From assembly GCA_964016885.1 (NCBI GenBank), contig OZ024744.1, positions 81,158,001 to 81,222,000 on the forward strand: a DNA stretch of 64,000 nt. Direction: 5' to 3'. The stretch is from Eledone cirrhosa (lineage: Eukaryota). The translations under genes and the position numbers were made by a program. Shown here in pieces: positions 38,297 through 49,699 of the stretch. Under the pieces are notes generated by a model. The model did no database searches. It saw only the letters and a list, made by a program, of their open reading frames with translations, and was not told where the DNA came from. Positions within the stretch are counted from its first letter, which is position 1, and every line of letters starts with the position of its first letter.

Positions 38297-38943
38297 GTGT
38301 ATATATATATATATATATGTGTATATATATATGTATAATATATATATATATATGTGTGTGTGTATATATATATGGGTCTAAAATTACCCACCAAGTAGCA
38401 AAGAACAAGAGCTAGCCTTTGATAGTGCTTTTATTGGCAGGAATATATATGGGTCATACAACATACCATTAAAAAAAAAATCTTTTTAACATTTGGCATA
38501 GGTCAGGTAGATTTGTCTAATAGCCAGGTTCTTTTCTGTAAGCACCAGTTTAATGAAATCTTCATTGACTATTTTCATGCCTCTCTCTCTCTCTTGTATA
38601 ATAACATTGATTATTTAACTTATTTACCCCCTCTCCCTCACCTTTTTCTTTCTTTTTTTTTGCATCATCCATTACAAAATATAGTAAATTTGAAACATTA
38701 CACACCAGTACACATACACACAGACAGACAATATACTTTTATCATGCCCACTCAAAATGAGCACATTATACTGAAATATGAATACATCATGTCATTTTAT
38801 CTCTTATTATTTTTTTGGGAGGTGGGGGTGGGGGTGGGGGGTATCTTTTGTACATTCAAAATTAGATTTCTCCATTTGAATGCTGGTTAGAGAAGCCTAC
38901 AGATGTGGAAGATAAATATATCAATTTTTCCCTCACATACACA

Positions 38944-39007
<64 letters not shown>

Positions 39008-39011
<4 letters not shown>

Positions 39012-39601
39012 GAAAAAAATGAAACGAAATTTCATTTCCCACTCTTAGTACGGCTGTTACTTAAATATAAGCATGTACACGTACATACATATATGTATAC
39101 CAACGTACAGTAGTATATATATATATATACATACATGCACACATATATATATATATATGTATGTATGGATTCACCGAACATTTATTATAATGCTCGGTGT
39201 GTTTGTAAACAAACATCCCGTATTAAGCCGTAGTGTCCAGCAACCATCGTTGCTCGTTTGTTCAACACTGACAAAGGAACGCTGTACTAGTATCAAGCTT
39301 ATTAGCTGTCGTCAGCAACGTATACCTTCCTGCCAGATTGTTGAACGTATATACTTACCTTATGCATATTAAACGCAGAGTAGCCTAATTTGCATATCGA
39401 GTGGGTTAATCGGCCGGGTGCACCGAAAACGATAAATGGAAAAAATGAAACGAAATTTCATTTCCCACTCTTAGTACGGCTGTTACTTAAATATAAGTAT
39501 GTACACGTACATACATATATGTATACAGACGTACAGTAGTATGTATATATATATATACATACATGCACACATATATATATATGTACGTATGGATTCACCG
39601 A
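39008..39601. repeat. CpG-rich unclassified element, about 1.4 tandem copies of a 426-bp unit
   Basis: 39014-39177 is repeated at 39440-39601. Internal hairpin CACCGAACATT/AATGCTCGGTG. Flanked by (TA)n. Confidence 0.75.
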
Positions 39602-39655
39602 TGTACGTCGGCATGCATATATGTGTGTACGTGTACATATATATATATATACACA

Positions 39656-39756
39656 CAGGGTGTCCCCTCCAAAATGTATACACACTTTGATTACCTGTAC
39701 AGGCAATATTTATTAGAATGCTGTTGAAGTATGTATACATTTTTTCAGACACCTTG
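39656..39756. mobile_element. Tc1/mariner-type MITE
   Basis: CAGGGTGTC..AAAATGTATACA / TGTATACATTTT..GACACCTTG-TA. Confidence 0.8.
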
Positions 39757-40074
39757 TATATATATATATATATATTCTGTGGTGGTTGATTTATTTTGCG
39801 TGATGTCTGCCAAACTCTATATTACTAATGTACACTGTATTATTGCTTAGATAACAGATGGGATCAAATATACTCATCCTCTTCAAGATTCTCAAATCAG
39901 GCACTAATTGATAATAATGATGAAATATCACTGTCTAAGTTAAACTGACTTAATTTTAACACATTTGGTATTGTGTTTCTAATTAAATAAGCTGCCTATG
40001 TGTTTCAATGAATTTTGAAAATCATCAACATTTTTTATATATTTTGAATCATTTGAAAAAAAAAAAATTTAATT

Positions 40075-40258
40075 GGCAGGAAACCTAGGGGTAGACTCTC
40101 AGCAAGATTGTTGGATAACATCCATGAGCTCGGATGGTCTCGCTTGGGGATCCAGCTAGATCAATTGGAGACAGTTGCTTCTGACAGGACCCGCTGGAAG
40201 GAGTGTTTGATAACTCTGCCGCCATGAGCCTCTCAGGAATAAGTGGACAAAGAAGAAC
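40075..40258 (+). mobile_element. Expander/Rex3-like RTE 3' end
   Basis: GRKPRGRLSARLLDNIHELGWSRLGIQLDQLETVASDRTRWKECL. Confidence 0.8.
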
Positions 40259-40729
40259 AAGCTGATGTTTGGAGCATTACTTAACAAAAGTATCTTTTAA
40301 AAAAATGTTGATGGAATGTTTTCATATAAATATGAATAGTTCAAAATAGGGAGTTTTGTATCATAAATAAAACCAGGGACAGTTTCTGGTGGTTTGGTAT
40401 CAAAAGGGTTTTAAGGTGCAATGCTACTGTTGGTGGAAGTAAAATATTACTATGAAAAGCTGCTTTGTATAGTCTTACCAGTGTCTTAAGAGATGTGGAG
40501 GTCGAAAGAGCTGTCAATGAAGAGAGCTCTAAGAGAGAAACTGAGTATTTTAGAAGATGACACATGAAATTGAGAATGCTGGGAAGTCATTGAAAGATAG
40601 CTTATTGGTGGGATGAGGAAGTTAGAAAGATAGTAGAAGGATAGAGATATATGGTAGCATTACAAGACATATTACAATATAAACGTATGTCTTGTGGGAA
40701 AAGGTTTCTCTTCTATTTTATATATTTCG

Positions 40730-40987
40730 CTCTAATCGATTGACAAGATCCCAGACCTCATTTGCATGCTGAGTGGGATGGCCATCGTCAAACTGAATCA
40801 AGGAAACAATGTTTCCATTGGTCGTACCATTGTTGATACTATCTACCGGTTGCAGCTCCTGGCAGAAGGAGCAATGTGAAATAAAGTGTCTTGCTCAAGG
40901 ACATAACACATCACCCGGTCTGAGAACTGAACTTGCAACCTCATGATTGCAAATCCAACTCTCTAACCACTAAGCCATGCACCTTCA
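40730..40987 (-). mobile_element. tRNA SINE family E with CORE-like domain
   Basis: Reverse complement begins GAAGGTGCATGGCTTAGTGGTTAGAG...GTTCAGTTCTC...GTCCTTGAGCAAGACACTT. Confidence 0.85.
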
Positions 40988-41094
40988 CATATATTTACTT
41001 ATGTTTAACAATTCATTGTCAACCTATGTTGGGCAAATGTTGCACATTTTTAATATTTGCACATGAACTTTTCTAACTTAATTATGAATTATGT

Positions 41095-41390
41095 GTAATA
41101 GTGTGTGACTTAGTAGTTATAAAGTTGTGAGTTCGATTTGATTCCTGGCAGCACATTATAGCAAGCAAAATGCTTTATTTCACATTGCTTCAGTCAATTC
41201 AGCTGGCAAAAACGAGTTGTACCTGTAATTGAAAGGGCCAGTTTTGTCACACACTGTCAAACTGAATCTCCCCGAGAACTACACTAAGGATACAAATGTC
41301 AGTGGAATGATCAGCCAGTTGTTTGTTAATTTTACAAGCAGGCTGTTCTGGTTTTTGAATAACTGGAGCACTTATCGTTGGAAGTCCAAC
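41095..41390 (+). mobile_element. SINE family A (degenerate)
   Basis: Colinear with 531-850. Confidence 0.75.
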
Positions 41391-41774
41391 TAAAATTAAT
41401 TATACAAAATGCAATAAGCCTTGCTTATGGACACAACAATAGGATTGGCCATTGAGAGAGTTTTCTATAAAGATATTAAAATTATTCATTTTGTCAATGA
41501 AATCTATTTCAATCAACTCTTTCGTGTTTTTAAAATAAGAGCAGAGCATGCCTGACATTAAGAAATTAAGGTGGAACAAGACTGCTTTTGAGAACCTAGG
41601 AATACAAAGAGAACCTTGTAAAATTCAAGGGTGCTTAAGTCTTTGACTTGCAGATTTAACCCTTTAGAATTTAAACCCACTGTATCTGGACAGAATTCTC
41701 TCACCTCTTTCTGTTTAAACAGGTTGTAACTGGACACTCTAAATGATGTTAAAGTATTGTTCACAAAATAAATA

Positions 41775-42146
41775 CTGTATTTCCCGGCGCCGAAGACGCT
41801 TCATCCTCGAGGACACACCCTAATTTTGACAACCAAAAATTTGAAAAAAAATAATTGTTTCTACTTTTGGCACAAGGCCAGCAATTATTCCAGTACATTA
41901 CTGGTACTTTATTTTATCGACACCGTAAGGATGAAAGGCAAAGTTAACCTCGGCAGGATTTGAACTCAGAATGGCAAGGGCTGTAACTCTATACGTCAAA
42001 GCATGGCGTCCGACTCTCTACCGATACTGCCAATCCACCGCCCTTTGAAAAAAAATAATGAACAACCTTTGGCCTCCAGGACGCATGGTAGATTTTTGAG
42101 ACTTATTTTAGGAAAAAAGTAGCGTCTTTGACACTGGGAGATACGG
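41775..42146. mobile_element. Tc2/pogo-like MITE
   Basis: TA TSD. TIR CTGTATTTCCCGGCGCCGAAGACGCT / AGCGTCTTTGACACTGGGAGATACGG. Confidence 0.85.
41856..42043 (-). mobile_element. Full-length family B SINE
   Basis: Perfect 16-bp TSD TTTGAAAAAAAATAAT (41840-41855 / 42044-42059). Confidence 0.92.
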
Positions 42147-42395
42147 TAATATCAAAATCTCATAGATTCGATATTATGTGAGGTAAAACCTTTACTGTGA
42201 AAATATGATAGTATATATATATAGAGTAATGTAAATGCTAAAGGGTTAAGGAAGTGGAGAAAAAGCTTTTATATAGATGTGTTAAAAATGTCACATCAAT
42301 TTTTCTAATCATTATTTCCGTTTATAGCAGAACATATTTCAATTGGTATTTGAAAATGTTCATATTTTTTTAAGGCCAATTAGTTCCCATGTTAA

Positions 42396-42616
42396 CCCTT
42401 TAGCATTTACGTTACTCTCTATATACTATTGTATTTTTGCAGTAAAGGCTTTATGTTACACAATTATCTCACATAATATCGAATCTATGAGACTTTGATA
42501 TTAATTATTTTGAGAACAATACCTTAGCATCAGTATAAATGGCCAGCTATGACCAGTTTGAACAGAAGGAGGTGAGAGAATTCTGGCTGTATACAGCTTA
42601 TTTAAATGCTAAAGAA
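42396..42616. mobile_element. piggyBac-like MITE family 1
   Basis: TTAA flanks and CCCTTTAGCATTTA TIR. Confidence 0.88.
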
Positions 42617-43081
42617 TTAAGCTAGCCTTCTCTAATCAATATAGTCTCTATTTCTTCAAGGCAAATGTGACAAAGCATAAGAATAGAAGTGGAGTTATGA
42701 CTAAAAGGAGGAAGAGATGAGTGTAATAGAGAAAATAAACTGATGGGATGGTAGGGAGTAATGAAGTGTGGAGTGAGTGATAATTACATGCTGGGCTTAT
42801 TAGTAGGAGGTTGAAATGATAAATAACAATAAAAGACATATGAAGAGATAGCAGTAAGATAATATGGAGTCGCGATAAAGAGGAGTGAGGGATGGATGGA
42901 TGGATAGCAACAGAGATAGGTGATGCTAAGAGTGGTAGATGTAAACCACAAGCCACATGGAGGAGAGAGAACTATGATTAACAATCAGTAACGATGGTTC
43001 ATCAGGTGCACCAAAGGCAGACAGATCAGATGGTCCCTTTTATGATAAAGCCATCAAGGTGGCAGAATGAACAGAGAGCTG

Positions 43082-43127
<46 letters not shown>

Positions 43128-43319
43128 GAGATAACAGGAGAGATACAGTGATAATGAGAATAGTAATAATAGGCAAGACATATCAAATGTCTTCCTTTAA
43201 TATATGAAGATCTGTTACATAGGATACTGGGTGATAGATGAGAGAGAGGGGATGTGTAAGGCAGTAAATAGGGAAGGGAATTTGAGTCAGCAAGAGATAC
43301 TCCAGCATTATTCTAATGA

Positions 43320-43960
43320 CAGTTTTGCTGTGCTTCCACTACTGGATTGGAACTTCTTTAGAAAAGCATGTTGCCAGTCATCACAGTCCTTTGTCATTCC
43401 TTTTGTGATGTTAGTTTCCACCACTTTCTCTCATATCTTCCCTGGTCTCCCTCTTCTACAGGTTTCAACCAATTTAAATTCTCAGCATGTTTGTATAACT
43501 CACATCCTTCATATACATTGCATGTCCATACCAGTTCAGTCTTCTCTCTTGCATGCGACATCTAAATCCTTTTATATCTAGCTTTTTCTTCAGATTATTT
43601 ATGCTAGGCCGTTCACGCATATTAATATTACACATCCAGTAGAGAATGCTTATTTCATTTCTTTCTAGTTGTCGCAAGTCTTCCACATTTTGTCTTGATA
43701 TGATGTGCTGTCACAATTCATACACAAGCATCATATAATCTGCCTATCACTCAGAGAGAAGACTTTTGTTGCCAGCAGATTTAACAGCTCCCTGAACTTT
43801 TTCCACTCTGTTCTCACTCTACTCTTGACTAATATGTTGACTGCACAGCGATCTCCCCTGTGAATTAAGTCATCTAAACAACAAAAGCTACCAACTACTT
43901 CTAGTGAACCTTTTAAGTATTTGATGAAGTTTACTGCCTACTACGCTTGTGCATCTGTTA
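43320..43960 (-). mobile_element. Decayed RTE 3' fragment
   Basis: EDLRQLERNEISILYWMCNINMRERPSINNLKKKLDIKGFRCRMQERRLNWYGHAM. Confidence 0.85.
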
Positions 43961-44114
43961 CAGTATATGTTTTACAACAACTGCATTATAATATACACAT
44001 ACATCTATATAAACACACACACATATGTGTGTATGTGTGAGTGTGTATATAGGAGTAGTCAGCAGTCAGAGAAACTGCGAAATAAAAATCTTTCCAATGC
44101 TCAGAAGGCTCCAT

Positions 44115-44510
44115 AGTCTAGTTGATAGCTTCTGTTAATTAGGTGACCTAATTAGCAGAGAAGTGTAAGTAGCTTTGTAAGTGTAGAAGTTAGAATAAGA
44201 ACAAATTGGAAAAAGCTCAGAAAGCTAGTTACCTATACTGACAACAAAGGGATTCTCTTTCTGAGTAAAAATCAGATTGCATCAGATGCTTATGTATGTA
44301 CTGCAATGTTGCATGTGAGATATGGACCGTGGACATTATACGAAGGCTTGAAAGAAACAAGGTTAGTATGCTCTGCAGGATATAAGAACAATGAAACACA
44401 AATAAGCTGAGAGAAAAAAACTGGATATAAGAGGAATTAAATGTGGTGCATATGAATGATCACAAAGGGAGATGATTAATGAGTACAAGTGGTGAAAAAT
44501 GGTGTGTTAG
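44115..44510 (+). mobile_element. Highly decayed RTE 3' fragment
   Basis: LVDSFC.LGDLIS...VRIRTNWKKLRKL...RRLERNKVSML. Confidence 0.7.
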
Positions 44511-44654
44511 ATGGGTTTGAATATATATATCATTTCTATATAAAATAAAGATGCCTATACTCTATCAACATATTGAATGCCTTTTTTAAGTGTGGTTATT
44601 TCCTGATCACTATTGGGAATCCTCTCTTAATTATTTATATATATGTTATATATT

Positions 44655-44914
44655 TCAGTAGAAAAGGTAAAGGAAAGAAGAGTGCTCTATGTATAGTACA
44701 GAGTTATTTAATTATATAACAAACAATATAATTATTCCATTACCAACGGTTTCAGGAAACTAGACAATCCTAGCAGAAATGTCCAGCTTGTTCATCAGAT
44801 GAAATAATTATGTTATGGATAAATAACATAAATATTTCATCGGATGAGCATGCCGGACATTTCTGTTAAGATCGTCTAGTTTCCTGAAACCTTTGGTAAT
44901 GGAATAATTATATT
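44655..44914. mobile_element. Fold-back Penelope-like element; inverted arms 44725-44817 / 44823-44914
   Basis: Inverted repeat is directly visible. Its single-copy extension AAGAGTGCTCTATGTATAG.ACAGAG.TATTTAATTA is shared with 62955-63216. Confidence 0.8.
44733..44806 (-). ncRNA. Type-I hammerhead ribozyme motif
   Basis: UAUUUCAU-CUGAUGA-[hairpin AGCUGGACA/UGUCUAGUU]-GAAAC-C-GUU-G-GUA-AUGGAAUA. Complete core, 8-bp stem I, 3-bp stem III, GUA cleavage triplet. Confidence 0.75.
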
Positions 44915-45309
44915 TATTGAGTTGTTTATTATGTAAATACACACACACACAAATACACATATATGTATATATGATGGATCCTTTGTCAGTGAGAGTTCTG
45001 TTGCTTGAAAGAAAAATGATATATTCATACATACAGAATTGCATACATGCACACACACACAAACATAAAAATAATCGAAGGGAAGTATAGAAGCGATGCC
45101 TATATTGAAATTTGAGTTGTGGTTATGTAGCATAAAGTAAAAGGATTCATTTATTTTACACTGACATTAACCACATGTAATATAGGCTATAAAAGAAAAA
45201 AAAGAAAAAAGTGAAAAGAAAAATGATACAAACTAAATTATTTTAGGGAAATGTAAAATTAATATTTTCTCCTTTGTGCTTAAAACCAAATAGTAGATCC
45301 TTCATCATG

Positions 45310-45472
45310 CAAGCATGGATGTGTAGTTAAGGATTTCACTTTGCAACCACATGGTTTTGGGTGCTGTCTTCAATGCATGGAACCTTGGGCAAGTTTCTCC
45401 AACAACGGTCATGTATTGACCAACGTTTTGTGAGTGACAGCTGGTCGTCAGAAATTGTGTGAAAGCCTGTTT
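45310..45472 (+). mobile_element. Degenerate CORE-like SINE (family F)
   Basis: CAACCACATGGTT...ACCTTGGGCAAGT...TTGTGAGTG. Related copies at about 30825-30970 (+) and 61900-62040 (-). Confidence 0.6.
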
Positions 45473-45747
45473 ATATATATATATATATACAATAGTGTTG
45501 TAGCTTGCTTGAAGCATTGTTAAGTAGGATACACAAATTTAAATAATTTTGAAAACCATACAATGCACTAGAAAATTAAAATTGCCAAGATAACAATAGA
45601 ATCTTACCTTAGCAAATTTAATAATCCCAAATATTTTTGGGTTTAAAAACCCATTATCAAGAGAGCATCCCTGTGAGGATCTTATAAGATCCATCGGAGA
45701 TGACTTCTTGGGGAGGTAGATTTAAGTTAGATTTATATATATATATA

Positions 45748-47017
45748 CCAAACATGGAAGCACGGCCTAGAATCAAAAGGCCTTAAAATTAACCTGGCTA
45801 AGACTAAAGTTCTAGTTTGTAAGAAAGAAAATAAGGCGCCGGTCCCTTCCGAGAAATGGCCATGCTCAGTGTGTAGGAAAGGCGTAGGTAGAAACTCCAT
45901 TTTATGTCCCAAATGCAAAGTATGGGTGCATAAAAGATGTAGTGGGATCACAGGTAAGCTAACTAAGAACATAGATTTTACATGTGGCCGGTGCTCTGGT
46001 GCAATAAGTAGCAGCAAGTGCCCACAGAATACTAGCTCTTTCAATTGCGCAGGGGGTTCTATAGAAATAGTGGACACCTTCCGTTACCTGGGTGACAAAA
46101 TCAGCAGTGGGGGAGGGTGCTCTGAAAGTACAGTGGCTAGAGTCAGAACTGGATAGAAAAAGTTCAGAGAGCTTATACCACTATTAGCCGCTAAAGGGTT
46201 CTCCCTAAAAATGAAAGGCAGGTTGTATGATGCCTGCATACGAACATCAATGTTGCATGGCAGTGAGACCTGGGCATTGTGTGCAGAGGATATACGCAGA
46301 CTAGAGAGGAACGAAGCTTGCATGCTCCGCTGGATGTGTAATAGTAATATACGTGAACGGCAAAGCATAAACGAACTAAGGGAAAAATTAGAAATAAGAG
46401 GGATCAGATGTTGTTTACTCAAGAGAAGGCTACGTTGGTATGGTCACGTGATGCGCATGAAAGACGACAGCTGTATAAAAAAGTGCAGGGCAATAAAGAT
46501 AGACGGTAGCCACGGAGTAGGCAGACCCAGAAAAACATGGGATGACTTGATAAATTCCGACCTCACACACTTACACCTCTCCAAGACAATGTCACTGGAC
46601 CGAGACCTTTGGCGGTACTCAGTAATAGAGAAGACCCGCCTTGCCTAAATACAAAGTAAACCTACTACAGTCAGTAGGCATCTCTAACAAAATACGTCCC
46701 CGTCACACCACCCCCACCCCATCCACACCGCCCCTTTCAATGTAAAGTTACGTTGGTGCCACAACATCCAGGCCGAAACAAATGAGATCGTGTAGGTGTC
46801 ACGACAAAAAAACACGCAGTCCACGCTGTAATGTGGCCGTGTAGGCAACACGGTAAAAACCTCCCAGTCCCATACTGTAAATGTGGTTGGTGTTAGGAAG
46901 GGCATCCAGCTGTAGAAAACCCGCCAGACAGTCCTATGCGAGCAAGACAACCACTCTTGCCTCAAGTGGGAAAACTCCCGTCCAAACCCATGCAAGCGTG
47001 GAAGATGGACGTTAAAC

Positions 47018-47052
<35 letters not shown>
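45748..47052 (+). mobile_element. 5'-truncated RTE LINE with long SINE-like 3' UTR
   Basis: GLKINLAKTKVL...PHD-like finger...FRYLGD...LHGSETW...RLRWYGHVMR...GRPRKTW, with one in-frame stop at 46154-46156. ORF stop at 46648, (GAT)n tail at 47018-47052. Confidence 0.93.
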
Positions 47053-47053
<1 letters not shown>

Positions 47054-47456
47054 ATCATCATCATCATTTAACTTCCATCTTCCATTCTATATATAAAACT
47101 GGCATCCACACATTTATATACTTGTGTATATTTCCTAGTATGATATGGGAAATTGCAATCAACACCAAAAGCCAACTAGTTGATATCTTACTAAAATATA
47201 TCACCAAAATTTATACCAGTAAAGTCTCTCTGATGAAATCCTATTTGGACAGTTTATAATTGTGTAAAAGATACTATGGAAATATGCATATCAGCTATTA
47301 CATAATAAATATGTGGTGAAATATAACCCTATTGCCTTCTACTTCAACATTATATATATATATATAAACTATAATAAAGTAAGAAGTGCAGGACTGCATA
47401 GTTTATTTCTTTAAATCCAGTTAGTAAAATAACTTGGATTACTTTGAATAAATAAT

Positions 47457-47640
47457 TGTTTCTACGTTAGGCACAAGGCCAGCAATTACCCAGTGCATTA
47501 CTGGTACTTTATTTTATCGACCCCGTAAGGATGAAAGGCAAAGTCAACCTCGGCGGGATTTGAACTCAGATCGTAAAGGGACGTAACTATGCTGGAAAGC
47601 ATGACGTCCGACCCTCTACTGATACTGCCAATCCACTGCC
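47457..47640 (-). mobile_element. Full-length family B SINE
   Basis: TSD (C)TTTGAATAAATAAT at 47442-47456 / 47641-47655. Confidence 0.92.
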
Positions 47641-48377
47641 CTTTGAATAAATAATGAATGAATATTACATAAATAATTTTAAATTGACTTCTTTTCAAAG
47701 TTTCAAATTTTTACATTTCCGGTATATCGTTGCAACCACCACTTCAACTACCATATATATAGAAAGAGAGAGTGTGTGATGAGAGAGATAGAGAGATTAT
47801 GATATTCTACACGTTGACGCATATGAGTGTGCACATTCATACATCTATATGTATGAGTATATAACTATAATTGCACAAACACAAACTTATAAAAATACAC
47901 GCTTACGGACATACATTCACACAAATACACATACATTCACACAAACACATACATACATTCACACATATACATTTACATAAACACACACATACAATCAAGA
48001 TAGCAGCGTTCGATGAATTGGAAATGGGAGGGTAAAACAATGATAATGTTTTATTTATTTATTAACTTTTTTTTTTAAAACTCATTTAATATAATGGTTA
48101 CAAAACGAAAACACTAACAAATATAATATATACAAAGGAAAAGGAAAGGAAAAAAAGAAAGAGAAAAAAGACACAAACACGTAATATACACATCTTAGTC
48201 CACATAGACCATATAGAACAATATGCAGGCGAAAGAGTGGAAAACGAGCTGCTACCAGAACAAAAGATAGCAATATAGCAAAGAGCACTCTCTAATAAAT
48301 GTTGAGGCAAGCCAGCACGCTCGCAGTGTTACCTGGGGTGTTGGCGTGGCTGAGGTGCTGGAACAACCAAGTAATGA

Positions 48378-48780
48378 CCTTGGTAATGACCAAAAGAATA
48401 CAAATGCAAATAAAAGTGGCAGAAATGGGATTCCTCTGAAGAGTCTTTGGAGTAACGTTACTCGATAAAGTGCATAGCTCAGAGACCAGAGAGTCACTCC
48501 TGGTAGAACAACTACTTCTCCGAATTGAGAGATCACAACTCCGATATTATGAACATGCGGTTAGAATGTCTCAGTAAATAATCGCGGGACACATTTTATA
48601 GGCAAAACCAACCGGCAAGAGACCCAGAGGTAGACCCTAAACAATATAGTTGGATTATATCCAACTTGGCTGGTTAAGCTTTGGGATCCAGCTGGATCAG
48701 TTAGAAATGTTTGGTACTGACAGACTTGCTGGAAGGAGTGTTTGAGAAGGACTGCCCAGAAATAAGAGGGTGAAGAAGAT
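48378..48780 (+). mobile_element. Expander/Rex3-like RTE 3' fragment
   Basis: VMTKRIQMQIKVAEMGFL.RVFGVTLLDKVHSSETRESLLVEQLLLRIERSQLRYY...KPTGKRPRGRP. Confidence 0.85.
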
Positions 48781-48904
48781 ATTGTCAATTTACTTTTCAA
48801 TTTACATATATATATATATAATGCATATATATTTGTGTATAATACCAATATGCACACTACATATGCTAGCAGAAAACTGCTCGAAGGGCAGTTTTTCTGC
48901 TAGC

Positions 48905-49140
48905 ATATAATGCCGTGGGTTCAATTCCTGGGTTGCATGTCGTGTTCTTGAGCAAAACACTTCATTTCACGTTGCTCCCCAGTATACTCAGCTGAAAATG
49001 AGTACCAGCAATAGGTGGGGGTTTCACCCTGAGATGGACTGGCGTCTTCTCAGGGGCGAGTCTTGTACTCTCAGTCACTTCACGCCATGAAACTGGAATA
49101 AGCACTGGCCAAATGAGCCTTCTGGCTTAAGACAAACTTT
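48905..49140 (+). mobile_element. MetaSINE-like tRNA SINE
   Basis: B-box GGGTTCAATTCC, CORE-like GTGTTCTTGAGCAA, then ACCCTGAGATGGACTGGCGTC..CAGGGG. Confidence 0.7.
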
Positions 49141-49699
49141 ATATATATTTATATACACATATCATTATCATCACTGTTTAACATCCATTTTTCCACACTA
49201 GCTTGGGTTAGTCAAGTTGTCCTGCTGTGAGAAATGCCAGGTCACGTGACCCTGCCTTGCTCATATATATATAAATACATCTATATGTGACTGTTTTTAT
49301 AGTTTGTTTATGAAACTCCCTCTCTGCAAAAGTCATCTATCCCCTTACCTTCCTTCCTCTCTCTTTTTGAGGTTTACAAAGCTAGATGAACATCTTCGAA
49401 ATCCTAACATATTTGCCTTGTCTAATATACGTACTTGTATCAGATTATTTCACCCAAATCTCCTGGGATGATATAAGCCATGATGGCTACCTATCTCACA
49501 ATTTCCATACCGCCCACCCCCTCACACCACCATAGCCTATTCGACCAATCAAACTTCAGCAACATGTCCCCCACCCATTACCAACCCCAACAAACTCTGC
49601 CATTACTACTATTACTACTACTTTTCTTCTAGACCTTACCAGCCCCAACAAACCCTGCGATTATTACTACTACCATTCTTCTAGCCCTGAATTCTTTTA

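Larger units (their letters stand above)
41660..42245. mobile_element. piggyBac-like MITE family 1, interrupted
   Basis: TTAA-CCCTTTAGAATTTA...TAAATGCTAAAGGG-TTAA. The two halves rejoin exactly across the TA at 41773/42147. Confidence 0.9.

Noticed and set aside
39350-39362. U1 snRNA 5' end (ATACTTACCT)
   Set aside because: Only 10 nt match; the downstream sequence is unlike U1.
42650-43075. Purine-rich blocks (also 22130-22330, 23680-23880) as host exons
   Set aside because: Minus-strand translations faintly resemble decayed CR1/Jockey LINE pieces with many stops; too weak to annotate either way.
45608-45715. Minus-strand exon ending AAG|GTAAGA
   Set aside because: No convincing acceptor; the adjacent sequence resembles a repeat also seen at about 25040-25150.
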